Shown here in pieces: positions 31,742 through 41,735 of a stretch of DNA of 64,000 bases. The DNA is from an uncultured Planctomycetaceae bacterium (GTDB lineage: Bacteria; Planctomycetota; Planctomycetia; Isosphaerales; Isosphaeraceae). The notes under the pieces are model-generated. The model saw only the letters and a program-made list of their open reading frames with translations, was not told the origin of the DNA and did not search any database. The DNA lies in assembly GCA_963833985.1 (NCBI GenBank), contig CAWIAD010000001.1, forward strand, positions 1,024,001-1,088,000. The letters run 5' to 3'. The position numbers and the translations under genes were made by a program. Within the stretch, counting starts at the first letter, position 1; the number at the start of each line of letters is the position of its first letter.

Positions 31742-33038
31742 TCATTTCCGCTCGGCGATCGGGACGTAGTCGGTCTGGCGGTTGCCGATGTAGACCTGCC
31801 TGGGCCTGGCGATCTTGAGCTTGCCGTCGGCGTGCTGTTCCTTCCACTGGGCAATCCAGCCGGGCATCCGGCCGATGGCGAAGATGACCGTGAACATGTT
31901 CGTGGGGATGCCGATGGCCCGCATGATGATGCCGCTGTAGAAATCGACGTTGGGGTACAGCTTCCGCTCGACGAAATACGAGTCCGAAAGTGCCTTCTCC
32001 TCGAGCTGGCGGGCGACGTCCAGCAGCGGATCGTTGACGCCGAGCTGGGCAAGCACCTTGTCGGCGGCGCGCTTGAGGATGACGGCGCGGGGGTCGAAGT
32101 TCTTGTAGACGCGATGGCCGAAGCCCATCAGCCGGAAGCCGCTCTTGGGATCCTTGGCCAGCTTGATGGCCTGTTCGGCGGACAACCCACCAGTGTGAAT
32201 TTGATCCAGCATCTCCAGCACGGCCACGTTGGCGCCGCCGTGCAGAGGCCCCCAGAGCGCTCCCACGGCCGCGGCGCACGAAGCGAAGAGGTTGGCCTGG
32301 CTGGAACCGACGACCCGGACGGTCGAGGTGCTACAATTCTGCTCGTGGTCGGCGTGCAGCAGCAAGATCAGGTTCAGGGCGTCTACCACTTCGGGAGAGG
32401 CGACGTGCTGCTCGTAGGGCATGGAGAACATCATGTGCAAGAAATTGGCCACGTACGGCAGCTTCGGGTCCGGGTAGATGAACGGGAACCCCATGGATCG
32501 GCGGTACGAGTAGGCCGCAATGGTGCGAACCTTGCTGATCAGCCGTGCGGACTCCTCATAAAACTCTCCCTCCTCCGTGGTCGGCTGCGGCTCGTTGCTC
32601 CGCCTGGGAAAACACGACAGCGTGTTCACCATGGCGGAGAGGATGGCCATCGGCGGTGCGTCGACCAGGAAACCCTCGAAGTGGTGCTTGAACGCCTCAT
32701 GCAAAGGTGCGTGATAAGTCAGCCGCTCGCGATAGCGGTCGAGCTCGGCCCTGGAGGGCAGCCGGCCGTGGATCAGCAGCCAGGCGGTCTCGGTGAAGGT
32801 GGAATGCGCCGCGAGTTGCTCGATGGGAATGCCCCGGTACCGCAGAATGCCTTTCTCGCCATCAATGAAGGTGATCTTGCTGGTGCAGGCACCGGTGTTG
32901 CCGTAGCCGGGGTCGAGCGTGATCAGACCGGTGCGCGCGGAACTCCGAGATATCGATCGCGAGCTCGCCCTCGGTACCCTCGATGACCGGTAATTCGATG
33001 GTTCGGCCGTCGAATGTCAGGGACGCGTGCCGTGTCAT
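31742..33038 (-). CDS. gltA: citrate synthase (frameshift near 32937, probable error)
   Basis: IELPVIEGTEGE, then TLDPGYGNTG, DGEKGILRYRG, HADHEQN, LHGGAN, GFGHRVY, YPNVDFYSG. Confidence 0.93.
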
Positions 33039-33170
33039 CACCTCGATCTCCCAAGCGGTCCGGAGCCGCCACAAGTGGAGCAAATTTCGACATCGCCATT
33101 CTACACGCGCTGTCCCGGTGGGTGAATGACGCGGCGATCCTGAGCGAGGATTCCGATCGTCCGAGCTTTC

Positions 33171-34439
33171 CTAAAGCCCGCCGTCCAGCTCGGCACGCAG
33201 CGCCGGCAGGTATTTTTCGGCCGACGCCGTGTTCACCAGCACCACCCGGTCACCCGCGCGGACCAGCCCGCGATCTGCCAGTTCGGGAAGCGCCGCCAGC
33301 GTGGCGGCGCCTTCGGGCGACCAGGCGAACCTCCGCTGTAGCCACTCGGTGCGGATCACGGCGCGGATCGCCTCGTCGCTGACCGCCAGCGCCAGCCCGC
33401 CGGTTTGTCGCATGATGCGCAGGACGTTGATGTGCCCGATGTTCTGCGCGACGTTCAGACCCGTGGCGACGGTCGTTCCGGGCGGTCGTGGCGTGATATC
33501 CTGTGCATTCTGCGCGAGCGCGCCCACCAGAGGGTCGGTGGCCGTGCTCTGCACGCAGATCATCCGAGGTCTCTCGGGGCCGACGAGTCCCAAAGCCTCG
33601 ATCTCGTCAAATGCCTTGGCCATGCCCACCACCCCGGTGCCACCACCGGTGGGATAGACGATCACGTCGGGCAATTTCCATTGCCGGAGCGCCCGCCGCT
33701 CGCCGCGCGGCTCGGCCATTTCCAGCCCCAGCGTTTTCTTCCCCTCGGTCCTCCAGCCTGGTTCCTGGAACGTCGCCACGTTGAAGTAGCCCTCGGGCAC
33801 GTAGCTTGATTTCACCCGGCGACCGCACTCCATGATAGTGCCGGAGACAAGCTCGAGCCGGACGTGACGGGGATGGAGCTGGGCGTAGGCCGCAACCTTG
33901 CCCAGGACCGGGAGGTCCGTATCGGGTGACATCACAATCGCCGCTTCGATCCCTGCCGCGACCGCATACTCGGCAAGCGCATCGCCGGCGTTTCCCTGGG
34001 TGGGAACCGCCAGGCGGCTGATCCCCAGCGCCCGGGCCATCGAGACCGTCATTGCCATGCCTCGATCCTTGAACGACAGGGTTGGGTTGGCACCGAATCC
34101 GGAGTGGTGCCGCCCCTCGTCTTTCACCTCGAGCCGAAAACCGATGCGCTCGGCCAGCGCGTGGGGGTAATGCAGGGAAGGAGTGAACCCTTCTCCCAGG
34201 GACACAATCGAGCGCGTGTCCTCCGGGTCCGCGCTGTCCAGCGGCAAGAGCCCTCCAAATCGCCAGAGATCGAGGCGTTCCGGCTGCCACCAGCCGTCTT
34301 GCCCACGCTCGGCCCTGAGACGCTCGAGATCCATTACCACCTGTACGGGACGACCATCGTGTGGGCACAGGTTCATGACCGACCGGGACGGAAACTGGCT
34401 GCCGCAAACCGTGCATGCCAGATGAGATACGTAGCGCAT
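33171..34439 (-). CDS. thrC: threonine synthase-like PLP-dependent enzyme
   Basis: N-terminal Cys motif (CTVC...CPHD), SLGEGFTP, NPTLSFKDRG, GNAG, EGKKT, PTGGGTG, PEGAA. Confidence 0.82.
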   Translation of the reverse strand: MRYVSHLACTVCGSQFPSRSVMNLCPHDGRPVQVVMDLERLRAERGQDGWWQPERLDLWRFGGLLPLDSADPEDTRSIVSLGEGFTPSLHYPHALAERIGFRLEVKDEGRHHSGFGANPTLSFKDRGMAMTVSMARALGISRLAVPTQGNAGDALAEYAVAAGIEAAIVMSPDTDLPVLGKVAAYAQLHPRHVRLELVSGTIMECGRRVKSSYVPEGYFNVATFQEPGWRTEGKKTLGLEMAEPRGERRALRQWKLPDVIVYPTGGGTGVVGMAKAFDEIEALGLVGPERPRMICVQSTATDPLVGALAQNAQDITPRPPGTTVATGLNVAQNIGHINVLRIMRQTGGLALAVSDEAIRAVIRTEWLQRRFAWSPEGAATLAALPELADRGLVRAGDRVVLVNTASAEKYLPALRAELDGGL

Positions 34440-34879
34440 CCGAATGTTCTCCAGGCACGGATCGAGGCTGGCATCGACCAGTCGTTCCTCGGCTCTGCCG
34501 GTGCGTGCAGGCACGGTCAGGATGACGCCGCGAGCCTCCTCTTGCAAGGAGGGACGGAGGACAAACCCGTACAAATCGCTCCGTAAGCGAAACCCGGTGG
34601 CACTACTGATCCCACTGAGCGATGTGAGCGCGAATAGATGAGGCACCAATCGCGTCTTGAACTATGGAATCCGCTCGATGACCGATCGAAATCGGCCTCA
34701 GCTGTGGACCGATGACGGTACGCCTACCAGTCGGCCTCGTGAGCTGTTCCGTGACGATCGCAAGCCCCTTTTCTCTGACCGACGGACTCAGAACACCCGA
34801 TCGCTCGACCTTCGAGGTCGACGGTCCCACGTGCCACTGAGAATCGTTCCACGTACCTTGCCGGAAAGGAGTGACACTG

Positions 34880-36553
34880 ATGCGTCCTTTGTACTTTCAC
34901 CTTGGCCTGGCAGCCACACTCCTGGTGGGTTGTCCGCTGCTCGCTCCATCCCGGGCAGATGACACCGCGCCGCAGAAGGACTCCAGGGCCAGGAAGTCCC
35001 CGGCCGTCGATGAGAAAGCGATTCCCACCTACGGTCTGCTCGATGCCATGAGCGAGGGCCTGGTGGCCGTTCGGGCGAGCGGTCGCGGCGACGGCCGCAT
35101 GACCGTCGCGGTCACCAACAACACCAATAACCAGCTCCGGGTGGTCCTTCCTCCCGGCATCATTGCTCAGGGTGCCAGCGGCCAGTTCGGCGGCATGGGC
35201 GGCATGGGTGGTGGCATGGGAGGCATGGGCGGCGGCATGGGAGGCATGGGCGGCGGCATGGGAGGCATGGGCGGCGGCATGGGAGGCATGGGCGGCGGCA
35301 TGGGAGGCATGGGCGGCGGCATGGGAGGCATGGGCGGCGGCATGGGAGGTGGCATGGGCGGCGGAATGATGGGCCGGGGCGGTGGAACGATGCCGCCCAC
35401 CATGGGCATGATGATGCTTGCCCGCCTGATCATGTACCTCTGCGGCGATTACGATAGCTGGGACATGCGATCCATCTCCATCGGTATGATGGGCGGCATG
35501 GGCGGTGGAATGGGCGGTGGCATGGGAGGCATGGGCGGCGGCATGGGCGGCATGGGAGGCATGGGCGGTGGCATGGGCGGCATGGGCATGATGTCCGTAC
35601 CACCGACCGGTCTGCCGTTCGCGACCCTCAAGCCGGGGCAGAAGCGTGAGCTGCCCACCCGGCTGGTGAGCCTCTCGCAGCCGGATCCGAACTCGGAGAG
35701 CGGGCTCAGCTTCCCGGCCAAGGACGAGCCCCTGCAACTGGGCGATGTGTCCCAGACCAATGCCGATCCGCGAGTGCAGAAGGCCCTGAAGCGTCTGGCG
35801 GCCGACAAGGCGCCTGCGACGATCGCGCAACTGGTGATGTGGCGGCTGGCGGTGGGACTGGACTGGGAGCGGATCGCCGAGTTCTCCGCGCCGTGGGCCA
35901 ATCGGTTCGAGCTGGCTCTGGCGCGTCAGTTCGCCGACCACCTGGACAATCTGCCGGAGAGCGAGACCGGAGCGATCCTCTTCGAGGTGCAGGGGAGCGG
36001 CGCGACAGGGGAGGCGAATGCGGCCGCCTTCCGCAAGGAGCTGACGGACAAGGTGTTCCTGGGTCTGCGGAGCAAGCTGTCGATTCCGGCGCGTCCGGAG
36101 GAGCCTGCGGTGGGCTGCCGGGTGAAGTTCACGGGTCAGGAGGCGTTGGTGCAGGTGGTGTGCAGCGACGCGACGGTGACGAAGTGGGTGCCCTTCGGCA
36201 AGTTCGCGTTGCCGCTGTCGGGTGGTTCGGAGAAGTTCGCGGCCGGCAAGTTCGGCGAGGCGCTGGCGGAGGGAGTGCTGGGTCGGATGGTGCGTGCGCA
36301 GTACATGCGTGGTCCGACGGTGAAGGGGAAGGCGACGTACCAGGTGAGGATCGAGAACGCGTCGCCGCTGGTGCTCAATGGTCTGGCGGTGCTGGGCATC
36401 GAGGCGAAGCCGGAGGGTCAGCCGCAGCAGGTATCGGGAATCTGCATCGCCCCGCGTCGGAGCATGGCGGTGCCGGCGACCGAGGAGGTGGTCAAGACCC
36501 TGGGCCTGCGGAAGGGGATCCGCGTGGTCGCCGCCGACCTCAGCGGACTTTGA
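34880..36553 (+). CDS. secreted hypothetical protein with two Gly-Met-rich (GGM)n tracts, copy 1
   Basis: AGGAG RBS then ATG. Signal-peptide-like N-terminus (…LAATLLVGCPLLAPSRA/DD). Intact ORF followed by a terminator. Confidence 0.85.
   Translation: MRPLYFHLGLAATLLVGCPLLAPSRADDTAPQKDSRARKSPAVDEKAIPTYGLLDAMSEGLVAVRASGRGDGRMTVAVTNNTNNQLRVVLPPGIIAQGASGQFGGMGGMGGGMGGMGGGMGGMGGGMGGMGGGMGGMGGGMGGMGGGMGGMGGGMGGGMGGGMMGRGGGTMPPTMGMMMLARLIMYLCGDYDSWDMRSISIGMMGGMGGGMGGGMGGMGGGMGGMGGMGGGMGGMGMMSVPPTGLPFATLKPGQKRELPTRLVSLSQPDPNSESGLSFPAKDEPLQLGDVSQTNADPRVQKALKRLAADKAPATIAQLVMWRLAVGLDWERIAEFSAPWANRFELALARQFADHLDNLPESETGAILFEVQGSGATGEANAAAFRKELTDKVFLGLRSKLSIPARPEEPAVGCRVKFTGQEALVQVVCSDATVTKWVPFGKFALPLSGGSEKFAAGKFGEALAEGVLGRMVRAQYMRGPTVKGKATYQVRIENASPLVLNGLAVLGIEAKPEGQPQQVSGICIAPRRSMAVPATEEVVKTLGLRKGIRVVAADLSGL
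35213..35349 (+). repeat. perfect 21-bp tandem repeat GGCATGGGAGGCATGGGCGGC (6 full units plus a partial)
   Basis: Read directly from the sequence; encodes (GMGGMGG)n in copy 1. Confidence 0.9.
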
Positions 36554-36588
36554 GACTAGCCCCAAGCGGCCTTGGTGAATTCTCCTGG

Positions 36589-36619
36589 ACCTCGGGCGAC
36601 GATTCGCCCGAGGTTTTTT
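36589..36619 (+). terminator. intrinsic terminator after copy 1
   Basis: ACCTCGGGCGA-CGAT-TCGCCCGAGGT followed by a T run. Confidence 0.88.
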
Positions 36620-36739
36620 GTGCGCCGCGTGTGGGCGGTCCAAATTCGCATGCAAAAAGACGAATAGCGGTGCGGCTGCCAGCGTCTTGCTGGTGGAGTT
36701 CCGCTCCCGGAGTGGTGGACCAGGGCGTGTGAGGCACCG

Positions 36740-36767
36740 GGAATCGAAGTGGAGTAGGGTGCCGTTA
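36740..36767 (+). promoter_or_regulatory. putative ECF-sigma promoter upstream of copy 2
   Basis: GGAATC-N17-CGTTA resembles ECF -35 GGAAC / -10 CGTT. Identical in both spacers. Confidence 0.5.
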
Positions 36768-36920
36768 CCTGGTCTTCATGCGCCGCAGCGCAATCCCCGC
36801 GTTCTGCCGTCTTGTGACCGTCGTTGACCAGGGTCATCAGGCTGCTCACAGCGCCACCCGTGCCGTCGGTTCGTCACGGTTGCACTCAAGCTCATCAAAA
36901 AACTGCAAAGGCATCCACAC

Positions 36921-38565
36921 ATGATCAAATCTCGTTCATCCATCAGTCTTGCTGCCGCGATCGTGGCAGCGTTTCCGCTGCTGGCGCCTGCGCGGAGACG
37001 ATGGCACTTCCCAGAAGGCGCCGCGCGGCAAGCCCACCGCGGTTGACGAGAAGGATATTCCGACCTTCGGGCTGATCGATGCCATGAGCCAAGGCCTGGT
37101 GGCGGTTCAGGCCAGTGGCCGGGGCGACGGCCGCATGACCGTCGCGGTCACCAACAACACCAGCAACCAACTTCGCGTCGTCCTTCCCCCTGGCATCATC
37201 GCTCAGGGTGCCAGCGGCCAGTTTGGCGGCATGGGAGGTATGGGCGGCGGCGGTATGGGCGGCGGTATGGGCGGCGGCGGTATGGGCGGTGGCATGGGCG
37301 GCGGCGGCATGGGCGGTGGTATGGGTGGAGGTATGGGCGGCGGCGGCATGGGTGGAGGTATGGGCGGCGGTATGGGCGGCGGCGGTATGGGCGGTGGAAC
37401 GATGCCGCCCACGATGGGCATGATGATGCTCGCCCGCCTGATCATGTACCTCTGCGGCGATTACGATAGCTGGGACATGCGATCCATCTCCATCGGCATG
37501 ATGGGCGGCATGGGCGGTGGAATGGGCGGTGGCATGGGCGGCGGAATGGGCGGCGGAATGGGCGGCGGAATGGGCGGCGGAATGGGCGGCGGCATGGGCA
37601 TGATGTCCGTACCACCGACCGGTCTGCCGTTCGCGATCCTCAAGCCGGGGCAGAAGCGTGAGCTGCCCACCCGGCTGGTGAGCCTCTCGCAGCCGGATCC
37701 GAACTCGGAGAGCGGGCTCAGCTTCCCGGCCAAGGACGAGCCCCTGCAACTGGGCGATGTGTCCCAGACCAATGCCGATCCGCGAGTGCAGAAGGCCCTG
37801 AAGCGTCTGGCGGCCGACAAGGCGCCTGCGACGATCGCGCAACTGGTGATGTGGCGGCTGGCGGTGGGACTGGACTGGGAGCGGATCGCCGAGTTCTCCG
37901 CGCCGTGGGCCAATCGGTTCGAGCTGGCTCTGGCGCGTCAGTTCGCCGACCACCTGGACAATCTGCCGGAGAGCGAGACCGGAGCGATCCTCTTCGAGGT
38001 GCAGGGGAGCGGCGCGACAGGGGAGGCGAATGCGGCCGCCTTCCGCAAGGAGCTGACGGACAAGGTGTTCCTGGGTCTGCGGAGCAAGCTGTCGATTCCG
38101 GCGCGTCCGGAGGAGCCTGCGGTGGGCTGCCGGGTGAAGTTCACGGGTCAGGAGGCGTTGGTGCAGGTGGTGTGCAGCGACGCGACGGTGACGAAGTGGG
38201 TGCCCTTCGGCAAGTTCGCGTTGCCGCTGTCGGGTGGTTCGGAGAAGTTCGCGGCCGGCAAGTTCGGCGAGGCGCTGGCGGAGGGAGTGCTGGGTCGGAT
38301 GGTGCGTGCGCAGTACATGCGTGGTCCGACGGTGAAGGGGAAGGCGACGTACCAGGTGAGGATCGAGAACGCGTCGCCGCTGGTGCTCAATGGTCTGGCG
38401 GTGCTGGGCATCGAGGCGAAGCCGGAGGGTCAGCCGCAGCAGGTATCGGGAATCTGCATCGCCCCGCGTCGGAGCATGGCGGTGCCGGCGACCGAGGAGG
38501 TGGTCAAGACCCTGGGCCTGCGGAAGGGGATCCGCGTGGTCGCCGCCGACCTCAGCGGACTTTGA
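36921..38565 (+). CDS. GGM-rich secreted protein, copy 2 (apparent 2-nt deletion near 36992)
   Basis: ATG 36921 gives MIKSRSSISLAAAIVAAFPLLAPA. Adding 2 nt gives ...APARGDD, collinear with copy 1 APSRADD, and joins ORF 36949..38565. Confidence 0.82.
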
Positions 38566-38600
38566 GACTAGCCCCAAGCGGCCTTGGTGAATTCTCCTGG

Positions 38601-38631
38601 ACCTCGGGCGACGATTCGCCCGAGGTTTTTT
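38601..38631 (+). terminator. intrinsic terminator after copy 2
   Basis: Identical to 36589-36619. Confidence 0.88.
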
Positions 38632-38751
38632 GTGCGCCGCGTGTAGGCGGTCCAAATTCGTTTGCGAAAGGACGAATAGCGGCACGGTTGGCAGCGTCTT
38701 GCTGGTAGAGTTCCGCTCCCGGAGTGGTGGACCAGGGCGTGTGTGGCACCG

Positions 38752-38779
38752 GGAATCGAAGTGGAGTAGGGTGCCGTTA
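38752..38779 (+). promoter_or_regulatory. putative ECF-sigma promoter upstream of copy 3
   Basis: GGAATC-N17-CGTTA, identical to 36740-36767. Confidence 0.5.
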
Positions 38780-38931
38780 CCTGGTTTTCATACGGTCGCA
38801 GCCCAATTCCTGTACTGTGCCGTCTCCTGACCGTCGCTGACGAGGCCATCGGGCTGATCACCGCGCCACCCCTGCCGCCGGTTCGTCACGGTTGCACTCA
38901 AGCTCACCTTGAAGTTGAAAGGTATGCACAC

Positions 38932-40567
38932 GTGACTATTCGGCGTTTCTCTTTTGGTCTTGCTGCCGCGATCGTGGCAGCGTTTCCGCTGCTGGCGCCT
39001 GCGCGGAGACGACGGCACTTCCCAGAAGGTGCCGCGCGGCAAGCCCGCCGCGGTTGACGAGAAGGACATCCCGACCTTCGGGCTGATCGACGCCATGAGC
39101 CGAGGCCTGGTGGCGGTTCAGGCCAGTGGCCGGGGCGACGGCCGCATGACCGTCGCGGTCACCAACAACACCAATAACCAGCTCCGGGTCGTCCTTCCCC
39201 CCGGCCTCATCGCTCAGGGTGCCAGCGGTCAGTTCGGCGGCATGGGCGGTATGGGTGGTGGCGGTATGGGCGGTGGTATGGGTGGTGGTGGTATGGGCGG
39301 CGGTATGGGCGGCGGTGGTATGGGCGGTGGTATGGGCGGTGGTATGGGTGGTGGTGGTATGGGCGGCGGTATGGGTGGCGGCATGGGACGTGGCGGCGGA
39401 ACGATGCCACCCACCATGGGCATGATGATGCTCGCCCGGCTGATCATGTACCTCTGCGGCGATTACGATAGCTGGGACATGCGATCCCTTTCCATCGGCA
39501 TGATGGGCGGCATGGGCGGTGGCATGGGCGGTGGCATGGGCGGCGGAATGGGCGGCGGAATGGGCGGCGGAATGGGCGGCGGAATGGGCGGCGGCATGGG
39601 CATGATGTCCGTACCACCGACCGGTCTGCCGTTCGCGATCCTCAAGCCGGGGCAGAAGCGTGAGCTGCCCACCCGGCTGGTGAGCCTCTCGCAGCCGGAT
39701 CCGAACTCGGAGAGCGGGCTCAGCTTCCCGGCCAAGGACGAGCCCCTGCAACTGGGCGATGTGTCCCAGACCAATGCCGATCCGCGAGTGCAGAAGGCCC
39801 TGAAGCGTCTGGCGGCCGACAAGGCGCCTGCGACGATCGCGCAACTGGTGATGTGGCGGCTGGCGGTGGGACTGGACTGGGAGCGGATCGCCGAGTTCTC
39901 CGCGCCGTGGGCCAATCGGTTCGAGCTGGCTCTGGCGCGTCAGTTCGCCGACCACCTGGACAATCTGCCGGAGAGCGAGACCGGAGCGATCCTCTTCGAG
40001 GTGCAGGGGAGCGGCGCGACAGGGGAGGCGAATGCGGCCGCCTTCCGCAAGGAGCTGACGGACAAGGTGTTCCTGGGTCTGCGGAGCAAGCTGTCGATTC
40101 CGGCGCGTCCGGAGGAGCCTGCGGTGGGCTGCCGGGTGAAGTTCACGGGTCAGGAGGCGTTGGTGCAGGTGGTGTGCAGCGACGCGACGGTGACGAAGTG
40201 GGTGCCCTTCGGCAAGTTCGCGTTGCCGCTGTCGGGTGGTTCGGAGAAGTTCGCGGCCGGCAAGTTCGGCGAGGCGCTGGCGGAGGGAGTGCTGGGTCGG
40301 ATGGTGCGTGCGCAGTACATGCGTGGTCCGACGGTGAAGGGGAAGGCGACGTACCAGGTGAGGATCGAGAACGCGTCGCCGCTGGTGCTCAATGGTCTGG
40401 CGGTGCTGGGCATCGAGGCGAAGCCGGAGGGTCAGCCGCAGCAGGTATCGGGAATCTGCATCGCCCCGCGTCGGAGCATGGCGGTGCCGGCGACCGAGGA
40501 GGTGGTCAAGACCCTGGGCCTGCGGAAGGGAATCCGCGTCGTCGCCGCTGACCTCAGCGGACTTTGA
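38932..40567 (+). CDS. GGM-rich secreted protein, copy 3 (same apparent 2-nt deletion near 39003)
   Basis: GTG 38932 gives MTIRRFSFGLAAAIVAAFPLLAPA and joins ORF 38954..40567. Confidence 0.82.
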
Positions 40568-40594
40568 GGGCTGCAAGTCAGATCGATATGAGAG

Positions 40595-40630
40595 AACGCC
40601 CCGGGAGCCCTCTGCCCGGGGTGTTTTTGT
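40595..40630 (+). terminator. intrinsic terminator after copy 3
   Basis: AACGCCCCGGG-loop-CCCGGGGTGTT then TTTGT. Unrelated in sequence to the other two terminators. Confidence 0.8.
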
Positions 40631-40841
40631 TTGCAGCATCCGGGAAACGGCAGGCGGGATCTGCTAGAATTCAGGGTAGAGGTCTGGCTGATCTCGAGAT
40701 CGAGAACCGGCCATGGCTGCCGATTCGCTCCCGATCGGTCCGCCTCAAAACTCCCCCGCTCATCGAGATCATCGCGATGCGCGGACGCACCGCGGCACCC
40801 TGACTTGGTGTGCTTGCGGAACATTGATCGGGAGGTTTGCC

Positions 40842-41696
40842 ATGCTGAGCAGCATCCTGGTGGGCCTGGATGGATCGGACTACAGCCAGAGCGCCGTCGA
40901 GGTGGGCATTGAACTGGCGCGGCAGACAGGCGCCATGCTGGTCGGGCTGGGGATCGTGGACGAGCCGACCATCCGCGACGCCGAACCACGCCTCGTGGCC
41001 GCGGGAGTTCCTTTTGCAGAGCCGGTCCTGTACCGGGAACGGATCGCCAGCGCCCGGCGCGAGGTCGAGCAGTTTCTGTCGCAATTCAGCCTCCGGTGCG
41101 CCAGGGCAGGGGTATCCTGCAAGGTTCTCGAAGAGGTGGGCATGCCGCACGAGCAGATCGAGCTCCAGGCCCAGCGGTACGACCTGATCCTCATGGGCCA
41201 GCAGACGCGGTTCCACTTCGAGACTCAGGAAGGTTATGACGACACGGTCCGCCGCGTGCTCAAGAGCAGCCCGCGGCCCGTGATCACCGTCCCATCAAAG
41301 CCAGGAATGAATTCGGACGAGCCCGGCCGCTCGGTGCTGGTGGCCTACGACGGCAGCCTTCAGGCTGCCCGTGCGTTGCAGGCCTTCCAGACGACCGGGT
41401 TGGCCGCCATCCACCCCATCGTCATCGTGAGTGTGAGCCCGGAACCGCACGAGGCGGCTCGCGTGGCGGAGCGTGCTGCCGATTTTCTGGGCATGCACGA
41501 CATCAAGGCCCGGGCCGAGCCGATCACGTCCGAGCGGTCGCCGGCTTCCGTCCTGATGGAAGCAGCCGAGAAACATCAAGCGGCGATGATGGTCATGGGA
41601 AGTTACGGCCGCCCGCGCCTGACGGAGCTGTTCATGGGCTCGGTGACGCGCAGCTTGCTGGCCGCCAGCCGCATCCCGCTCTTCCTGTACCATTGA
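40842..41696 (+). CDS. universal stress protein (tandem USP domains)
   Basis: ILVGLDGSDYS, DLILMG, VLVAYDGS, MVMGSYGR...MGSVT. GGAGG RBS. Confidence 0.92.
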   Translation: MLSSILVGLDGSDYSQSAVEVGIELARQTGAMLVGLGIVDEPTIRDAEPRLVAAGVPFAEPVLYRERIASARREVEQFLSQFSLRCARAGVSCKVLEEVGMPHEQIELQAQRYDLILMGQQTRFHFETQEGYDDTVRRVLKSSPRPVITVPSKPGMNSDEPGRSVLVAYDGSLQAARALQAFQTTGLAAIHPIVIVSVSPEPHEAARVAERAADFLGMHDIKARAEPITSERSPASVLMEAAEKHQAAMMVMGSYGRPRLTELFMGSVTRSLLAASRIPLFLYH

Positions 41697-41735
41697 GATC
41701 GTTGAGTCGGCGGCTCGAGCGCTCGTTTACTCCCA

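Larger units (their letters stand above)
34880..40630 (+). repeat. three-copy tandem gene array (stop-to-stop spacing 2012 and 2002 bp)
   Basis: Stops at 36553, 38565 and 40567. About 0.9 kb of the 3' coding sequence appears identical in all copies; the two spacers are homologous but diverged. Confidence 0.95.

Noticed and set aside
6851..33038. Calling DUF1800, Gfo/Idh/MocA, GH57, asnB, the kinase and gltA pseudogenes or programmed frameshifts
   Set aside because: Each has only isolated 1-2 nt indels, mostly at GCGC, with no other decay and no typical slippery heptamers. Sequencing error is the simpler explanation.
34724..40639. Long minus-strand His/Ala-rich and Pro/Met-rich ORFs (643, 580, 567 aa and shorter)
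   Set aside because: Antisense shadows of the GGM genes. Signal peptides and terminators support the plus strand.
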